The notes beneath the pieces were generated by a model. The model ran no database searches. It had not been told where the DNA came from and saw only the letters and a list, made by a program, of their open reading frames with translations. The position numbers and the translations under genes are program-made. A DNA stretch of 64,000 nucleotides from the IMG/VR virus record IMGVR_UViG_3300035491_000322, positions 5,034 to 69,033 of that record; one strand, given 5' to 3'. Of the stretch, positions 37,788 through 46,989 are shown piece by piece. Numbering within the stretch: the stretch's first letter is position 1; every line of letters begins with the position of its first letter. Source of the stretch: a virus.

Positions 37788-40700
37788 CAGCGCCTCGTCA
37801 GTGTGGTGCGGGACAGGTTGGCCAACAGGTCGATAAAGGCGGTTTCTTCACCGGGCTGGGCAAACACGGTGGTGGCCGGCTGCCCGGGCAGGTTGAGTAC
37901 GATCGGCTGCAGGCCGGTGTTGGCCTCCGGCACCCGGGTCACGGTGGGATCCGGGGCGCGTTGGGCTGGCTGGTCGGCGGCCTGGCGCTGCCGGGCCTGC
38001 TGTTGCAGCCGTTGCAGTTCGTCGTTGGCCCGCTGGATCTGGCCGAGGCGGGTGTCGCTGAGTACGTCGGCGATGCTGCCGGGCAGGCGGCCGCTGTTGC
38101 GCCGATATTCCAGCTCTTTTTCCAGCTCGGCCTGGACGTTGAGGATCTCCTTCTCGATAGCGCCCAGGTCGCCGCGGATGCGGTTGAAGTCCAGCTGGCT
38201 GGAGTAGGTTTGTACCGAGATGGGGCCTTTGCGGGGGTTGCCCTGGCCACCCGCTATCGCCTGCCCCATGTCTTCGGCGGCCCGGCGGGTGTTGTCCATT
38301 TCGCCCTGGGTTTTCTTCAACTCGCCGCGCATCCGCTCCAGCGCCTTGCGCGCCTTGTCTTCGGCGGTATCGAAGCCATCGCCGATCTCGGTGGCCTTGG
38401 TTTTGGTTTCGGCTATTTTCTCGTCTATCCAGGCCAGGGCGCGGGTGACTTCTTGAGCTGCCACCTTGCCCTCGTCTGCTGCCTTCTTGAATGCCGCACG
38501 TAGCGCCAGCAGTTCCTTTTCTGTATCCAGCCGATTGGCTGCGGCTTTGAAGGCGGCGGCAATCTCCCTGCTGCTGGCACTGGCATCCTGGGTGATGAGC
38601 GAGAAGGTCTGTAGAATATCCTGGCCAGTTTCATCTATGCCGGTGCGCAGTTCCTGCAGCGAGAGACCCAGTTTCTTGAATGCCGCACTGGTTACTCCAT
38701 CCACCACACTGGCCAGTTGCTTGGCACTTTCACCGGCAGCACCAAAGGCGGCCTCGGCGGCGATACGGAACTTGACCAGATCTTCACTGCTCAGCTTTTC
38801 CAGCTGGCCGGAAAGGTAGGTGTTCATCTCGTCGGCGGTGATCTGGCTGGTTTCAGCCAGCTCCACCAGGGTGCCGATCAACTCGCGCACGCCGTCCACG
38901 GCCGTCAGGTCAGCATTTTTGAACAGGTCATCCAATGCCTGGCGGGCGGTTTTGCCCTGGCTGGTGAGGGTGCCGAACTCGGCCACCAGTGCCTGCACCG
39001 CCGGGCTGAGCCGGGTTTGCACCGAGGTGGCGGCCAGTTGAATACCGGCGTCCACATCGGCAAAGCCCTGCCGCATGCGGGCCAGGGCGTCGTCTATCTT
39101 TATCGCCTCGGCGTTGGCGGTTTCGCCCAGTTCCTGATAGGCCTTTTTCACGTTGAGCTGGGCGGTCAGGTATTCGCGCAGGCCGGCCAGCCGGGCCTGG
39201 TAGGCTGCCAGTTCGTCGGCGGTGAGCGCGGCCACCTGCTCGGCAGTGAGGATCTGCACGTTGCGGAATTGCTGGAACTGCTGCATGGCCTGGATGTTCT
39301 GGGCCGCCAGCTGCTCGTAGTAGGCCCTGGTCTGGGCTGCCACGCGCTGTTCCACCTCGCCGGCCTCGCCCATCTTGGCGGCCCACTCCCCGGTGGCCTT
39401 GGCCGCCTCGTAGCTCTTGCTTATCAGCAAATCCAGCCCGGCAATGATCAGCCCGGCCTTAAAGGCGCCGGGAATGGCCATCAGCGCCAGCCGGAGCTTG
39501 CCGGCCTGGGCGGCGGCGGTGCCCATTTTGGCGGAGGCCTCCACCGTGCTGGCCACCAGCTTGGTGCGGATGGCGCCCGCCAGCAGGCCGATATCCCGGA
39601 TCATGCTGGCCACTTTGATGGCCACCCAGGCCTTGGCAATAAACAGAATGGCATCGCGCCATTCGTAAATGGTGGTGATCAGCCCCTTGATGGCCTGGCC
39701 CATGGCCACCAGGGTGTCGCTCACCTGTTGGGCCAGTTGCTTTAGCCGGCCGTCGTTCGCCATGGCGCGGAACTCGGCGTTGACCGCGGCAAGCTGCTCC
39801 TTCAGCCAGTCGAGAACGCCACCACTGGCCACTTCGCGGTAGAACTCGACGATGTTGTCTTTGGCGTTGGAGATCAGGCCAGACAGCTGACTCATGCCGG
39901 AAGCCGCGGCACCCTGGTTGGCCCGGCCCATTTCATCAAGCAGTGCCTTGATGACGTCCCGGCCCAGTTGCCCCTGGGAACTGAGCTGTTGCAGCTCTTC
40001 GGTGTTTTTGCCGGTGACCTTGGCGAGCAGGTCCCACACCGGCACCCCGCGCTCGATCAGTTGGAGGATTTCTTCACCCTGCAGCTTTTGCTTGGCCCAG
40101 GCCTGGCCCAGCGCCAGCGATATGCCCTCCACCTCCTGGAAGCTGCCGCCGAGTTGGTAGGCCTGGTCGATCACCGCCTGCATGGTGCCGTCCATCGGGT
40201 CCAGGCCAAAGGCCTTGAGCCTCACAAAGGTCTGGGTCACCTCTTCAAGCTGCAGTGGGGTGTCGCGGGTGAACTGCTCTATCCACTTCACCGCGCTCTG
40301 GCCCGCTTCCAGGCTGCCCATCAGCCCGGTGAGCTGGCTTTCGAGCCGCTCGAACTGGTCACCGACGGTGAAGATTTGTCGGATCTGGTTGGCCAGGGTG
40401 TTGAGCCCGAAAAAGGCCGCCACGGTGGCGGTGGCGGTGCGCGCCAGGTTGCCCAGCTTGCTACCGGTGGCGTCCGACTCAGTCCCTACTTGCCGGAGCG
40501 CGGCAGCCTGTTGGGCCGCAGCCTGGCGGGTCTTATCCATCTCGGCCTTGAGCTGCTTTTGCCGCTCGGCCAGGTTGCGCTGGGTCTGGTTGAGCTGGGT
40601 GGTGCTGCCGCCCAGGCTGTTAATGGCCCGGCGGGACTGTTCCAGCTCCTGGCGCTGCCTGGCGTATTCGACCTTGGCGCCGGCGGCGGCGGTTTTGGAT

Positions 40701-41335
40701 CGGTCGAACTGCTTGGCCAGCTCGCGGGTGTTGCGCTGGTTGTCGTTCACCGCGCTACCCAGGCGCTTGACCTCGCCGGCGGCTTCCTTGTTGGCCTGGG
40801 TGCTCTGGGCCAGCGCCTGGCGGTTGGCGTCGTGCGCCTTTTTGGCCTCATTAACCCGCTGCTCTGCTTTGTCCAATTCCTGGGCGTACTGGCCGGCGTC
40901 GATCTTGCCTTTTTCAAAGGCGGTATTGAGCCTGTTCAGCTCGCGTTCGGCTTCCCGCTGGGCTTTGGCCGACTCGGTAACGGCCTGGCGTTGCTGCTTG
41001 ATGGCGGCGGCGCTGTCGCTGACCGTGGCCTTGGCTTCACGCCATTGGCGGTTTAGCCCCTCGCCCGCCCCTTCGCTGTCCCGCAGTTCCCGCGCCAGCC
41101 CGGCCACCGCGCGGGTGCCCTGCTGGTAGGCCTGCTCGGCGTCATCGACGGCGCGTTTCTGTTCACCGAATCCCTGGATAATGCGCTGGGTGTCCTGCAA
41201 TTTATCCAGCTCGGTCTTCAGTTCTTTGGTGGTATCGCGCAGGGATTCCAGGCTGTCTTCCGCCTCGGTGGCGGTACCGGAAAACAGGTTTTTGCCCCGG
41301 ATCACCAGGTTGACTATCTTGTCGGTAAACGCCAT
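37787..41335 (-). CDS. Tail tape measure protein
   Basis: 1182 aa coiled coil; tape_meas domain FTRDTPLQLEEVTQTFVRLKAFG, KLQGEEILQLIERGVP. Confidence 0.93.
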   Translation of the reverse strand: MAFTDKIVNLVIRGKNLFSGTATEAEDSLESLRDTTKELKTELDKLQDTQRIIQGFGEQKRAVDDAEQAYQQGTRAVAGLARELRDSEGAGEGLNRQWREAKATVSDSAAAIKQQRQAVTESAKAQREAERELNRLNTAFEKGKIDAGQYAQELDKAEQRVNEAKKAHDANRQALAQSTQANKEAAGEVKRLGSAVNDNQRNTRELAKQFDRSKTAAAGAKVEYARQRQELEQSRRAINSLGGSTTQLNQTQRNLAERQKQLKAEMDKTRQAAAQQAAALRQVGTESDATGSKLGNLARTATATVAAFFGLNTLANQIRQIFTVGDQFERLESQLTGLMGSLEAGQSAVKWIEQFTRDTPLQLEEVTQTFVRLKAFGLDPMDGTMQAVIDQAYQLGGSFQEVEGISLALGQAWAKQKLQGEEILQLIERGVPVWDLLAKVTGKNTEELQQLSSQGQLGRDVIKALLDEMGRANQGAAASGMSQLSGLISNAKDNIVEFYREVASGGVLDWLKEQLAAVNAEFRAMANDGRLKQLAQQVSDTLVAMGQAIKGLITTIYEWRDAILFIAKAWVAIKVASMIRDIGLLAGAIRTKLVASTVEASAKMGTAAAQAGKLRLALMAIPGAFKAGLIIAGLDLLISKSYEAAKATGEWAAKMGEAGEVEQRVAAQTRAYYEQLAAQNIQAMQQFQQFRNVQILTAEQVAALTADELAAYQARLAGLREYLTAQLNVKKAYQELGETANAEAIKIDDALARMRQGFADVDAGIQLAATSVQTRLSPAVQALVAEFGTLTSQGKTARQALDDLFKNADLTAVDGVRELIGTLVELAETSQITADEMNTYLSGQLEKLSSEDLVKFRIAAEAAFGAAGESAKQLASVVDGVTSAAFKKLGLSLQELRTGIDETGQDILQTFSLITQDASASSREIAAAFKAAANRLDTEKELLALRAAFKKAADEGKVAAQEVTRALAWIDEKIAETKTKATEIGDGFDTAEDKARKALERMRGELKKTQGEMDNTRRAAEDMGQAIAGGQGNPRKGPISVQTYSSQLDFNRIRGDLGAIEKEILNVQAELEKELEYRRNSGRLPGSIADVLSDTRLGQIQRANDELQRLQQQARQRQAADQPAQRAPDPTVTRVPEANTGLQPIVLNLPGQPATTVFAQPGEETAFIDLLANLSRTTLTRR

Positions 41336-41349
41336 GGCAGCCTCTAACG

Positions 41350-41375
41350 AAAAAGCCCCGGCAAATGCCGAGGCT
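41350..41375 (-). terminator. Intrinsic terminator-like hairpin just upstream of tape measure
   Basis: AAAAAGCCCCGGC-AAAT-GCCGAGGCT. Confidence 0.65.
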
Positions 41376-41383
41376 CAGATATG

Positions 41384-41408
41384 AAAAAACCCGCCGAAGC
41401 GGGTTTTT
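41384..41408. terminator. Bidirectional terminator after the DUF3883 gene
   Basis: AAAAAACCCGC-CGAA-GCGGGTTTTT. Confidence 0.85.
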
Positions 41409-41435
41409 GATGTAGGCGAGAATCAACAGTGAAAC

Positions 41436-42413
41436 TTACAGCCTGATCCTGGCACTAACCTTCTCTTCGATGGTTAGTTTTTTATGGCTGTCACCCTCGA
41501 TAATCCAGCCATTCCTTTCTTGGCTGAATCGACAGATATGCAGCACGGGTGTTTCCAGGGCCTGGGTTACTATCGCCAGCCGGTAATCCTGTGCTTGTGC
41601 TTGAAACGCCTGATATTCGTTGGCCGTCAGTTGCACCAGAGCTTCTCCGCCCGAAAGCCCTTTGACCTCGACCCTCAGCAGAACGGACTCGGCAGAAATC
41701 TCCAAATCCCAACCACAATTGTCCTTTTCTACACTGGTCACAGAGTAGTTGAGTGCCTCATAATACTGCTGAACCCGAGCCACCGCTGCCAACTCAACTT
41801 GAGCATTGTGCCAGGGGTCTACGGTCTTGACCGTGGTGACTCCCGGAGAAAGACGCTTTCCTCCAATAACATCCAGCACCGGCTGAATATTCGCCCGAGC
41901 TTGGGGCGTGTCGGCATACCAGATATTCGACTGCCCCATTCCGCCCTGTACTCGGCGGGGGACAGGGAGACGCCGCCGTTCATCAAGCGGCAGTAAATGC
42001 ACATCCGTCTCCCTCGCCCTGATCCAGTAGCCATGCAGACCGTTGCGCTCATGAACCGGCATCGACCGAGTAAAAGGTTGGAAATTGCGATAGAGGGTGG
42101 CGTGTTTGTACCAACCCACAACCACCGTATTACCTCCAGGCTGTCTGGCCGTCCAAATCACAAGGATGTCATCGACACTGGCCTTGCCCTTGGCATCAAA
42201 GCGGTCGATGTTGATGGTTCCCTGCCCCTGCTCGGGTTTGGCTCCCGGAGGTTGAACGTATCCATAAACATGGCCGTCCACGGCAAGAAAGTTGCAAACT
42301 TCATGCCCCCTGCCATGGACGTCGACATAGGCACCTCCTCCTTTGATTTGATCCAGCTCACTCTGTCCTTGGTAAAACTCCATCCAGCCAATGTTACAAA
42401 CAATCCATTTCAT
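41436..42413 (-). CDS. Moron: N-terminal unknown domain + C-terminal DUF3883 (PD-(D/E)xK-like nuclease)
   Basis: C-terminus VELAAV..QYYE..GWDL..RVEVKG..LTANEY..YRLAIV; lower GC than flanking tail genes. Confidence 0.8.
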   Translation of the reverse strand: MKWIVCNIGWMEFYQGQSELDQIKGGGAYVDVHGRGHEVCNFLAVDGHVYGYVQPPGAKPEQGQGTINIDRFDAKGKASVDDILVIWTARQPGGNTVVVGWYKHATLYRNFQPFTRSMPVHERNGLHGYWIRARETDVHLLPLDERRRLPVPRRVQGGMGQSNIWYADTPQARANIQPVLDVIGGKRLSPGVTTVKTVDPWHNAQVELAAVARVQQYYEALNYSVTSVEKDNCGWDLEISAESVLLRVEVKGLSGGEALVQLTANEYQAFQAQAQDYRLAIVTQALETPVLHICRFSQERNGWIIEGDSHKKLTIEEKVSARIRL

Positions 42414-42468
42414 CTTGTGGAATCCATATTTGTCGGCGGTAAATCGCCTTCAGTGTAGCGAAGCACTA

Positions 42469-43200
42469 TCAGTTCTGCGCCAAACGGCGGAAGAACTGGG
42501 ACTTGCCCACCGGCTTGCTGGTGTCCGCCAGCACTTCGCCTTCCAGCGGGAACTCGCCGAACTCTTCCGAGATCAGGCCCAGGCCGGTGGTGGGCGCCGG
42601 TTTCCAGCGGTACACATCCAGCACCGCCCGCTTGCCGGTGTTGTCGTTGAGGCCGTCCATCACCACCGCCACTTCGGCGCCCGATTCCACCAGGGCCTCC
42701 AGCGCGGAGCCGGCCACCGAGGTGTAGCTCACCTTGATGATGTCGTCTTCACTGATGGCCCCGCCCGGCAGCGGCAGTATGCCGGCGGCGGACACATCAA
42801 AATCGGTGCCTTTCACCAGGGGCTGGTCCAGCTCGTCCTTTACGGTGACCGGCTCGGCCAGGTCGATCATGTGGGCGGTGCGCACCAGGTTGACCCCGGC
42901 GGCCACGGTGTATTCGGCATCGGTCACGGTCTGGGCGGTGAGCACGTCCACCTTGCCGCGCAGGGCCAGCGCCAGGTTTTCGTTGTTGAATGAATCCAGG
43001 GTCAGGCTCAGGCGCACGGCGGAGACCCGCTCCAGGGTGGCCGCGTTGCCGCCGCCGCCACGGAAGTTGGGCCGGTTGACGGTGTTCACCTCGATGGCGA
43101 AGTTGGCGTTGGACACGTTGCCCACATCCCGGCCATCGACATAGATAATGCCGGAGCCGATATATTGCTCATTACGGATTTCGAAGGCCATGATGGTCAC
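42469..43200 (-). CDS. Major tail (tube) protein
   Basis: YIGSGIIYV..RDVGNVSNANF, LISEEFGEFPLEGEVL; synteny. Confidence 0.8.
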   Translation of the reverse strand: MTIMAFEIRNEQYIGSGIIYVDGRDVGNVSNANFAIEVNTVNRPNFRGGGGNAATLERVSAVRLSLTLDSFNNENLALALRGKVDVLTAQTVTDAEYTVAAGVNLVRTAHMIDLAEPVTVKDELDQPLVKGTDFDVSAAGILPLPGGAISEDDIIKVSYTSVAGSALEALVESGAEVAVVMDGLNDNTGKRAVLDVYRWKPAPTTGLGLISEEFGEFPLEGEVLADTSKPVGKSQFFRRLAQN

Positions 43201-43628
43201 TCCAGATTGGTCAGTTGATCGGTGTAGTTGAGGGTGATCGGGGTCTGGCTCACGTAGATGTGGTCATACCCTTCGGGGATGAAAAACTCGGTGGAGCCCA
43301 GCTCAAAGGTGTTGCCGCCCAGCTGCTTGAGCCGGTTGCCGTAATAGAGCGCACTGCGCAGCGCCAGCAGGGCGGCGTCCATGGCGTCGTCCTGCGCCGG
43401 ACCGGCGTTCACCGCCAGCATGATGTGGCACACACGGCCGGCGGAAAGCACCGACTCGTTGGTTTTGCGCGGCTCGTCGGTGGCCGGCTGCAGGGTGATC
43501 AGCGGGCTCTGCTCCAGCCCCCGGGCAATGTGCAGGTATTGGCCAAGGAAGCCGGCGCGCACATCGGCGCCGGGAATGGCCTGCAGCCGGGCGATCAGCG
43601 CCTGGCGTTGGGTGATGATGGTGCTCAT
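43197..43628 (-). CDS. Tail terminator-like protein
   Basis: Synteny between minor tail Z and tube. Confidence 0.6.
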   Translation of the reverse strand: MSTIITQRQALIARLQAIPGADVRAGFLGQYLHIARGLEQSPLITLQPATDEPRKTNESVLSAGRVCHIMLAVNAGPAQDDAMDAALLALRSALYYGNRLKQLGGNTFELGSTEFFIPEGYDHIYVSQTPITLNYTDQLTNLE

Positions 43629-44174
43629 TCACAACTCCAGTTGGCGGAGGAATTCGGCCAGCAGCAGGTCGTCCACCTCGGGGGCAATCTGCTCGCGGAT
43701 GTTCTGCCACAGCTGATCGACGGAGGGGCCGTAGCGCACCTTGTAGTCTTTCCGGCCGGGGCCTTCCCGGGTCACTACGCCCAGGTTGCCGTTGTTCAGC
43801 TTCATCAGCCAGGCGCCGGGCATCACTTTTTTCTGCCCGGGCTTCACCTCCACCTGTACCCCGGCCAACTTGCGCTTGCCGGGCAGCTTGGCCTTGCCGG
43901 TCAGTTGGCGGGCGTTAAAGCGGCTGAGCTGGGTGCCGCGTCCTCGGCCGCTAATCATGGTGGTAATATCATGGGGGTTAGCCCGACGCTGAACGAACAG
44001 GCGCTCGTTCACATAACTCGCCATTAACTTCACTTCTTCGCGGATCCTGGCGCTGCCCAGGGTACGGCCCCGCTGGGCGGCGTGGTTGACCGCCCGCACC
44101 AGGGCGCGGGTGGTGTCGTTGTCCAGCTTGCCCAGCATGCGCTTGGCGGCCTCGAGTTCGGCTTCGGCACTCAT
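43629..44174 (-). CDS. Minor tail protein Z-like
   Basis: RALVRAVNHAA, basic, RYGPSVDQL. Confidence 0.75.
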   Translation of the reverse strand: MSAEAELEAAKRMLGKLDNDTTRALVRAVNHAAQRGRTLGSARIREEVKLMASYVNERLFVQRRANPHDITTMISGRGRGTQLSRFNARQLTGKAKLPGKRKLAGVQVEVKPGQKKVMPGAWLMKLNNGNLGVVTREGPGRKDYKVRYGPSVDQLWQNIREQIAPEVDDLLLAEFLRQLEL

Positions 44175-44476
44175 GCGGGGATCACCCGGTAGCGAATAAA
44201 CGGCCGCTCTTCCATCAACTGGTTGAGCATCCAGGTCTCGCCGCCGGCCAGGCGGATGCGATCCCCTTTGTTATGATTGGGCTGCTCGGCCCGGGGCCAA
44301 CTGATTTCGGTCACGCCGACAATGGCCCGGCCGTATTCGTCCCGCGCCTCCACATCCCGGTCCACGATCACCGACACCGGTACCTCCCCGGGTAGGTAAT
44401 GGGCCGGCTCGTCCTCCCCGAACGCCGCCAAAAAGGCCGGCACCGCGCGATCGAAGACGTCTTCAAACTGGCTCAT
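44171..44476 (-). CDS. Head-tail joining protein (gpFII-like)
   Basis: Size and synteny. Confidence 0.65.
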   Translation of the reverse strand: MSQFEDVFDRAVPAFLAAFGEDEPAHYLPGEVPVSVIVDRDVEARDEYGRAIVGVTEISWPRAEQPNHNKGDRIRLAGGETWMLNQLMEERPFIRYRVIPA

Positions 44477-44510
44477 GGGGTGCTCCAGAAAGGGGCCGGA
44501 GCCCCTGATC

Positions 44511-44825
44511 TCAGTTGATCAGCCAGGCGTTGGCGTAGCCGCCGGCTTCGTCGGTGGCCAGCTTGCCAAAGGCCACGGCCTCCGCCGTAGCGGCCGCCAC
44601 CAGTTCGCCGGCCAGCCAGCCCACGGCGGCGCCGGCGGTCAGGCCGGTGGCACAGGGCAGCAGCCAGACACCGCCGGTGCGGCCGGCAAATTCTTCATCC
44701 TGGGCGGCATCCACCAGCGGGATCACGGTGATGGTGCCAATGGTCACCGGGGTACCGGCGGTCACGCCGCCGGCCGGGGCGATCAGCTCCAGCACATCCC
44801 CTTCTTGCACATAGTTACGGGCCAT
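44511..44825 (-). CDS. DUF2190 capsid cement-like protein
   Basis: MARNYVQEGDVLELIAPAGGVTAG. Confidence 0.85.
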   Translation of the reverse strand: MARNYVQEGDVLELIAPAGGVTAGTPVTIGTITVIPLVDAAQDEEFAGRTGGVWLLPCATGLTAGAAVGWLAGELVAAATAEAVAFGKLATDEAGGYANAWLIN

Positions 44826-44886
44826 AATGGTTCTCTCTCTAAAGCGGTGAGGGAGGCGGCAGGGTCAGGCTGCCGCCGGTAAGGGG

Positions 44887-46989
44887 TTAGGCGCCGGTGG
44901 AGTGCACCAGGCCGCGGTAGTCGAGCGGTGCCACACCCGCGTCGATGCGCACCTTGGTGGCCACGCCGTCCACGGTAAAGCCCTGTTGCTGCTCGATGTA
45001 GGGGGTGTCCACGCCGTTGAGGTAGGCCACCTCAATGGTGTCGGAGCCCGCCTTGGCAGCCAGATACCAGGCGGTATTGGTGCCGGCCTCGCCGTCCAGG
45101 CGGGGTTCGCCAATCACTTCCGCAAAGTTGCGGATGGGGTTGTCGATGCCGCTGTTGATGTCGGCGCCGGCCACCGAGGCGGAGCGGATCACCTGGTTGG
45201 CCTTGGCCTCCAGGCTCACCGGCACCAGCACATAGGCCGGGCGGATGTTGAGGGTGCGCGGCTTGCCGCTCTCGGTCAGGGTCTTCTGGGTGCGCATCAG
45301 GGTGCGGGCCTTGTCCAGGTTCTCCACGGTAATGGCACCGGTGGTGGTGTTCTTGTGGGTGGCATGGAACAGGGCCACGTTGTCGGACAGCTTGGGGTTG
45401 TCCATCAGCACCGCATACACCAGATCGCCGACGGTGGCCTTGGCCGCCATGCCCATCTTCATGGGGATGGCGGTCAGTGCGCTCAGATCGTCGTTGATGA
45501 TGGCCTGGCGGGTGATGCTGAACACTTCCCCATAGGTGGCCAGCTGGATTTTTTCGCCAGTGTCGCCCAGGGTGATGTGCTTGTATTCTGCCCCTTCGCG
45601 CACCTGGCGCAGGGAGGGGAATTCGCCCAGGCCGACCCGGTGGGAGATTTTGAAGTCGCTGAGCTGGCCGCGCCGGGTCCATTTCTGGAAGGTCTCTTCC
45701 GCTTCCTCCCAGCCCTGCAGCAGCGCCTTGTGGGCGACGTCCAGCAAGATCTGGCCAAAGTCACTGGTGCTGTGGGTGAAGGCCAGCCCCACCATCTGCA
45801 TGGGGTTGTAGGCAGCCACGCCAATGCCCCTGTCCACCAGCGAGGCTCGCGCCAGCTCGCGCAGGGTCATGTGGTTGTAGGCGTTGTCGGCCTCGGCGTT
45901 GGCCAGGCCGGCGCGCGCCATCACGCTCGCCCGCACCCCGTCCCCCACCAGGTTGCCGTTGCCGGCGTGGATGTGGGCATGGTTGGCCGGGGTGCTGGGG
46001 GTGGTGCCCTGCCCCATGGCGTCCAGCAGCTGGGCGCGGGCCTGGGCCGGGGTGGTTTCCAGGTTGCCCAGGCACTCGGCCATCAGTTCCAGGTGGCGGT
46101 TGCCGGCCAGGGCGAACAGGTCGCGGATTTCGGCCTGGCGGGCCTGCTCCTGTTGGCGGAACTGGGCCTGCAACTCGGCGGCGGTAGGCTGCTGGGCTGC
46201 AGCGGGCTGAGCCGGCACGGCCGGAGCCGGTTGGGCCGGGGCTGCGGCGGCGGGCTGGGTGGGTTGCGCTGCGGGTTGGGCAGGCGGCGGGTTCTGGCCG
46301 TGGGCCTTGGCGCCCATCAGGGCTTTCAGTTCGCTGGGCATATTAAGCTCCTCGGTGCGATGGTTGAGTGCAGCCGCCGCCTTGAGCGGCGCGATAACGT
46401 GGTTGGCAAAACCGTGCTCTACCGCTTCCTGTCCGTTGAGCCAGGTTTCGGGCTTGAGCATGGCTTTGATCTCATCTTCGGATTTGCCGGTTTTGTTGAC
46501 GTAGGCGCGGATCAGCATGGCCTCGTTGCGGTCGAGAAATTCGGCGTAGTCGCGCATGTCGTCCGCATCCCCCATGCTGCCGCCCCAGGGCTTGTGGATC
46601 ATCAGCCAGGCGTTTTCGGGCATGTGCAGGGTGGCGTTGGGCAGGCAGGCAATCACGCTGGCCATGCTGGCGGCCATGCCGTCCACATAGATGTCAATGC
46701 GGGCAGTGAGCCCGGACAGGATGTTGTAGATGGCAAAGCCGTCCATCACGTCGCCACCCGGGCTGTGGATGCGTATGGTGATGGCCTTGGCTTCGAACAG
46801 GCCCTTGTCCTTGGCCTCCTTGATGAACTGCTTGGCGGTCACGTCCCAGCCGATCACGTCGTAAATGGCGATCTCCATGGCCTGGGTGCTGGTGGCGGCC
46901 TGAATGCGATACCAGCTATCGCTGCCGACGGCGGCGGCGGCCGCTTTCGGGCTCGTCAGTCGGTTCAGAAGATGGGTTGCTTGGTTCAT
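44887..46989 (-). CDS. ClpP-type prohead protease / scaffold / major capsid fusion
   Basis: IHSPGGDV, DGMAASMASVI, MIHKPW; capsid part HSTSDFGQIL, VREGAEYK, KVRIDAGVAPLDYRG. Confidence 0.93.
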   Translation of the reverse strand: MNQATHLLNRLTSPKAAAAAVGSDSWYRIQAATSTQAMEIAIYDVIGWDVTAKQFIKEAKDKGLFEAKAITIRIHSPGGDVMDGFAIYNILSGLTARIDIYVDGMAASMASVIACLPNATLHMPENAWLMIHKPWGGSMGDADDMRDYAEFLDRNEAMLIRAYVNKTGKSEDEIKAMLKPETWLNGQEAVEHGFANHVIAPLKAAAALNHRTEELNMPSELKALMGAKAHGQNPPPAQPAAQPTQPAAAAPAQPAPAVPAQPAAAQQPTAAELQAQFRQQEQARQAEIRDLFALAGNRHLELMAECLGNLETTPAQARAQLLDAMGQGTTPSTPANHAHIHAGNGNLVGDGVRASVMARAGLANAEADNAYNHMTLRELARASLVDRGIGVAAYNPMQMVGLAFTHSTSDFGQILLDVAHKALLQGWEEAEETFQKWTRRGQLSDFKISHRVGLGEFPSLRQVREGAEYKHITLGDTGEKIQLATYGEVFSITRQAIINDDLSALTAIPMKMGMAAKATVGDLVYAVLMDNPKLSDNVALFHATHKNTTTGAITVENLDKARTLMRTQKTLTESGKPRTLNIRPAYVLVPVSLEAKANQVIRSASVAGADINSGIDNPIRNFAEVIGEPRLDGEAGTNTAWYLAAKAGSDTIEVAYLNGVDTPYIEQQQGFTVDGVATKVRIDAGVAPLDYRGLVHSTGA

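Noticed and set aside
42414-42468. Dedicated promoter for the DUF3883 moron
   Set aside because: A TACACT -10-like hexamer exists on the minus strand, but no -35 at a usable spacing; left uncalled
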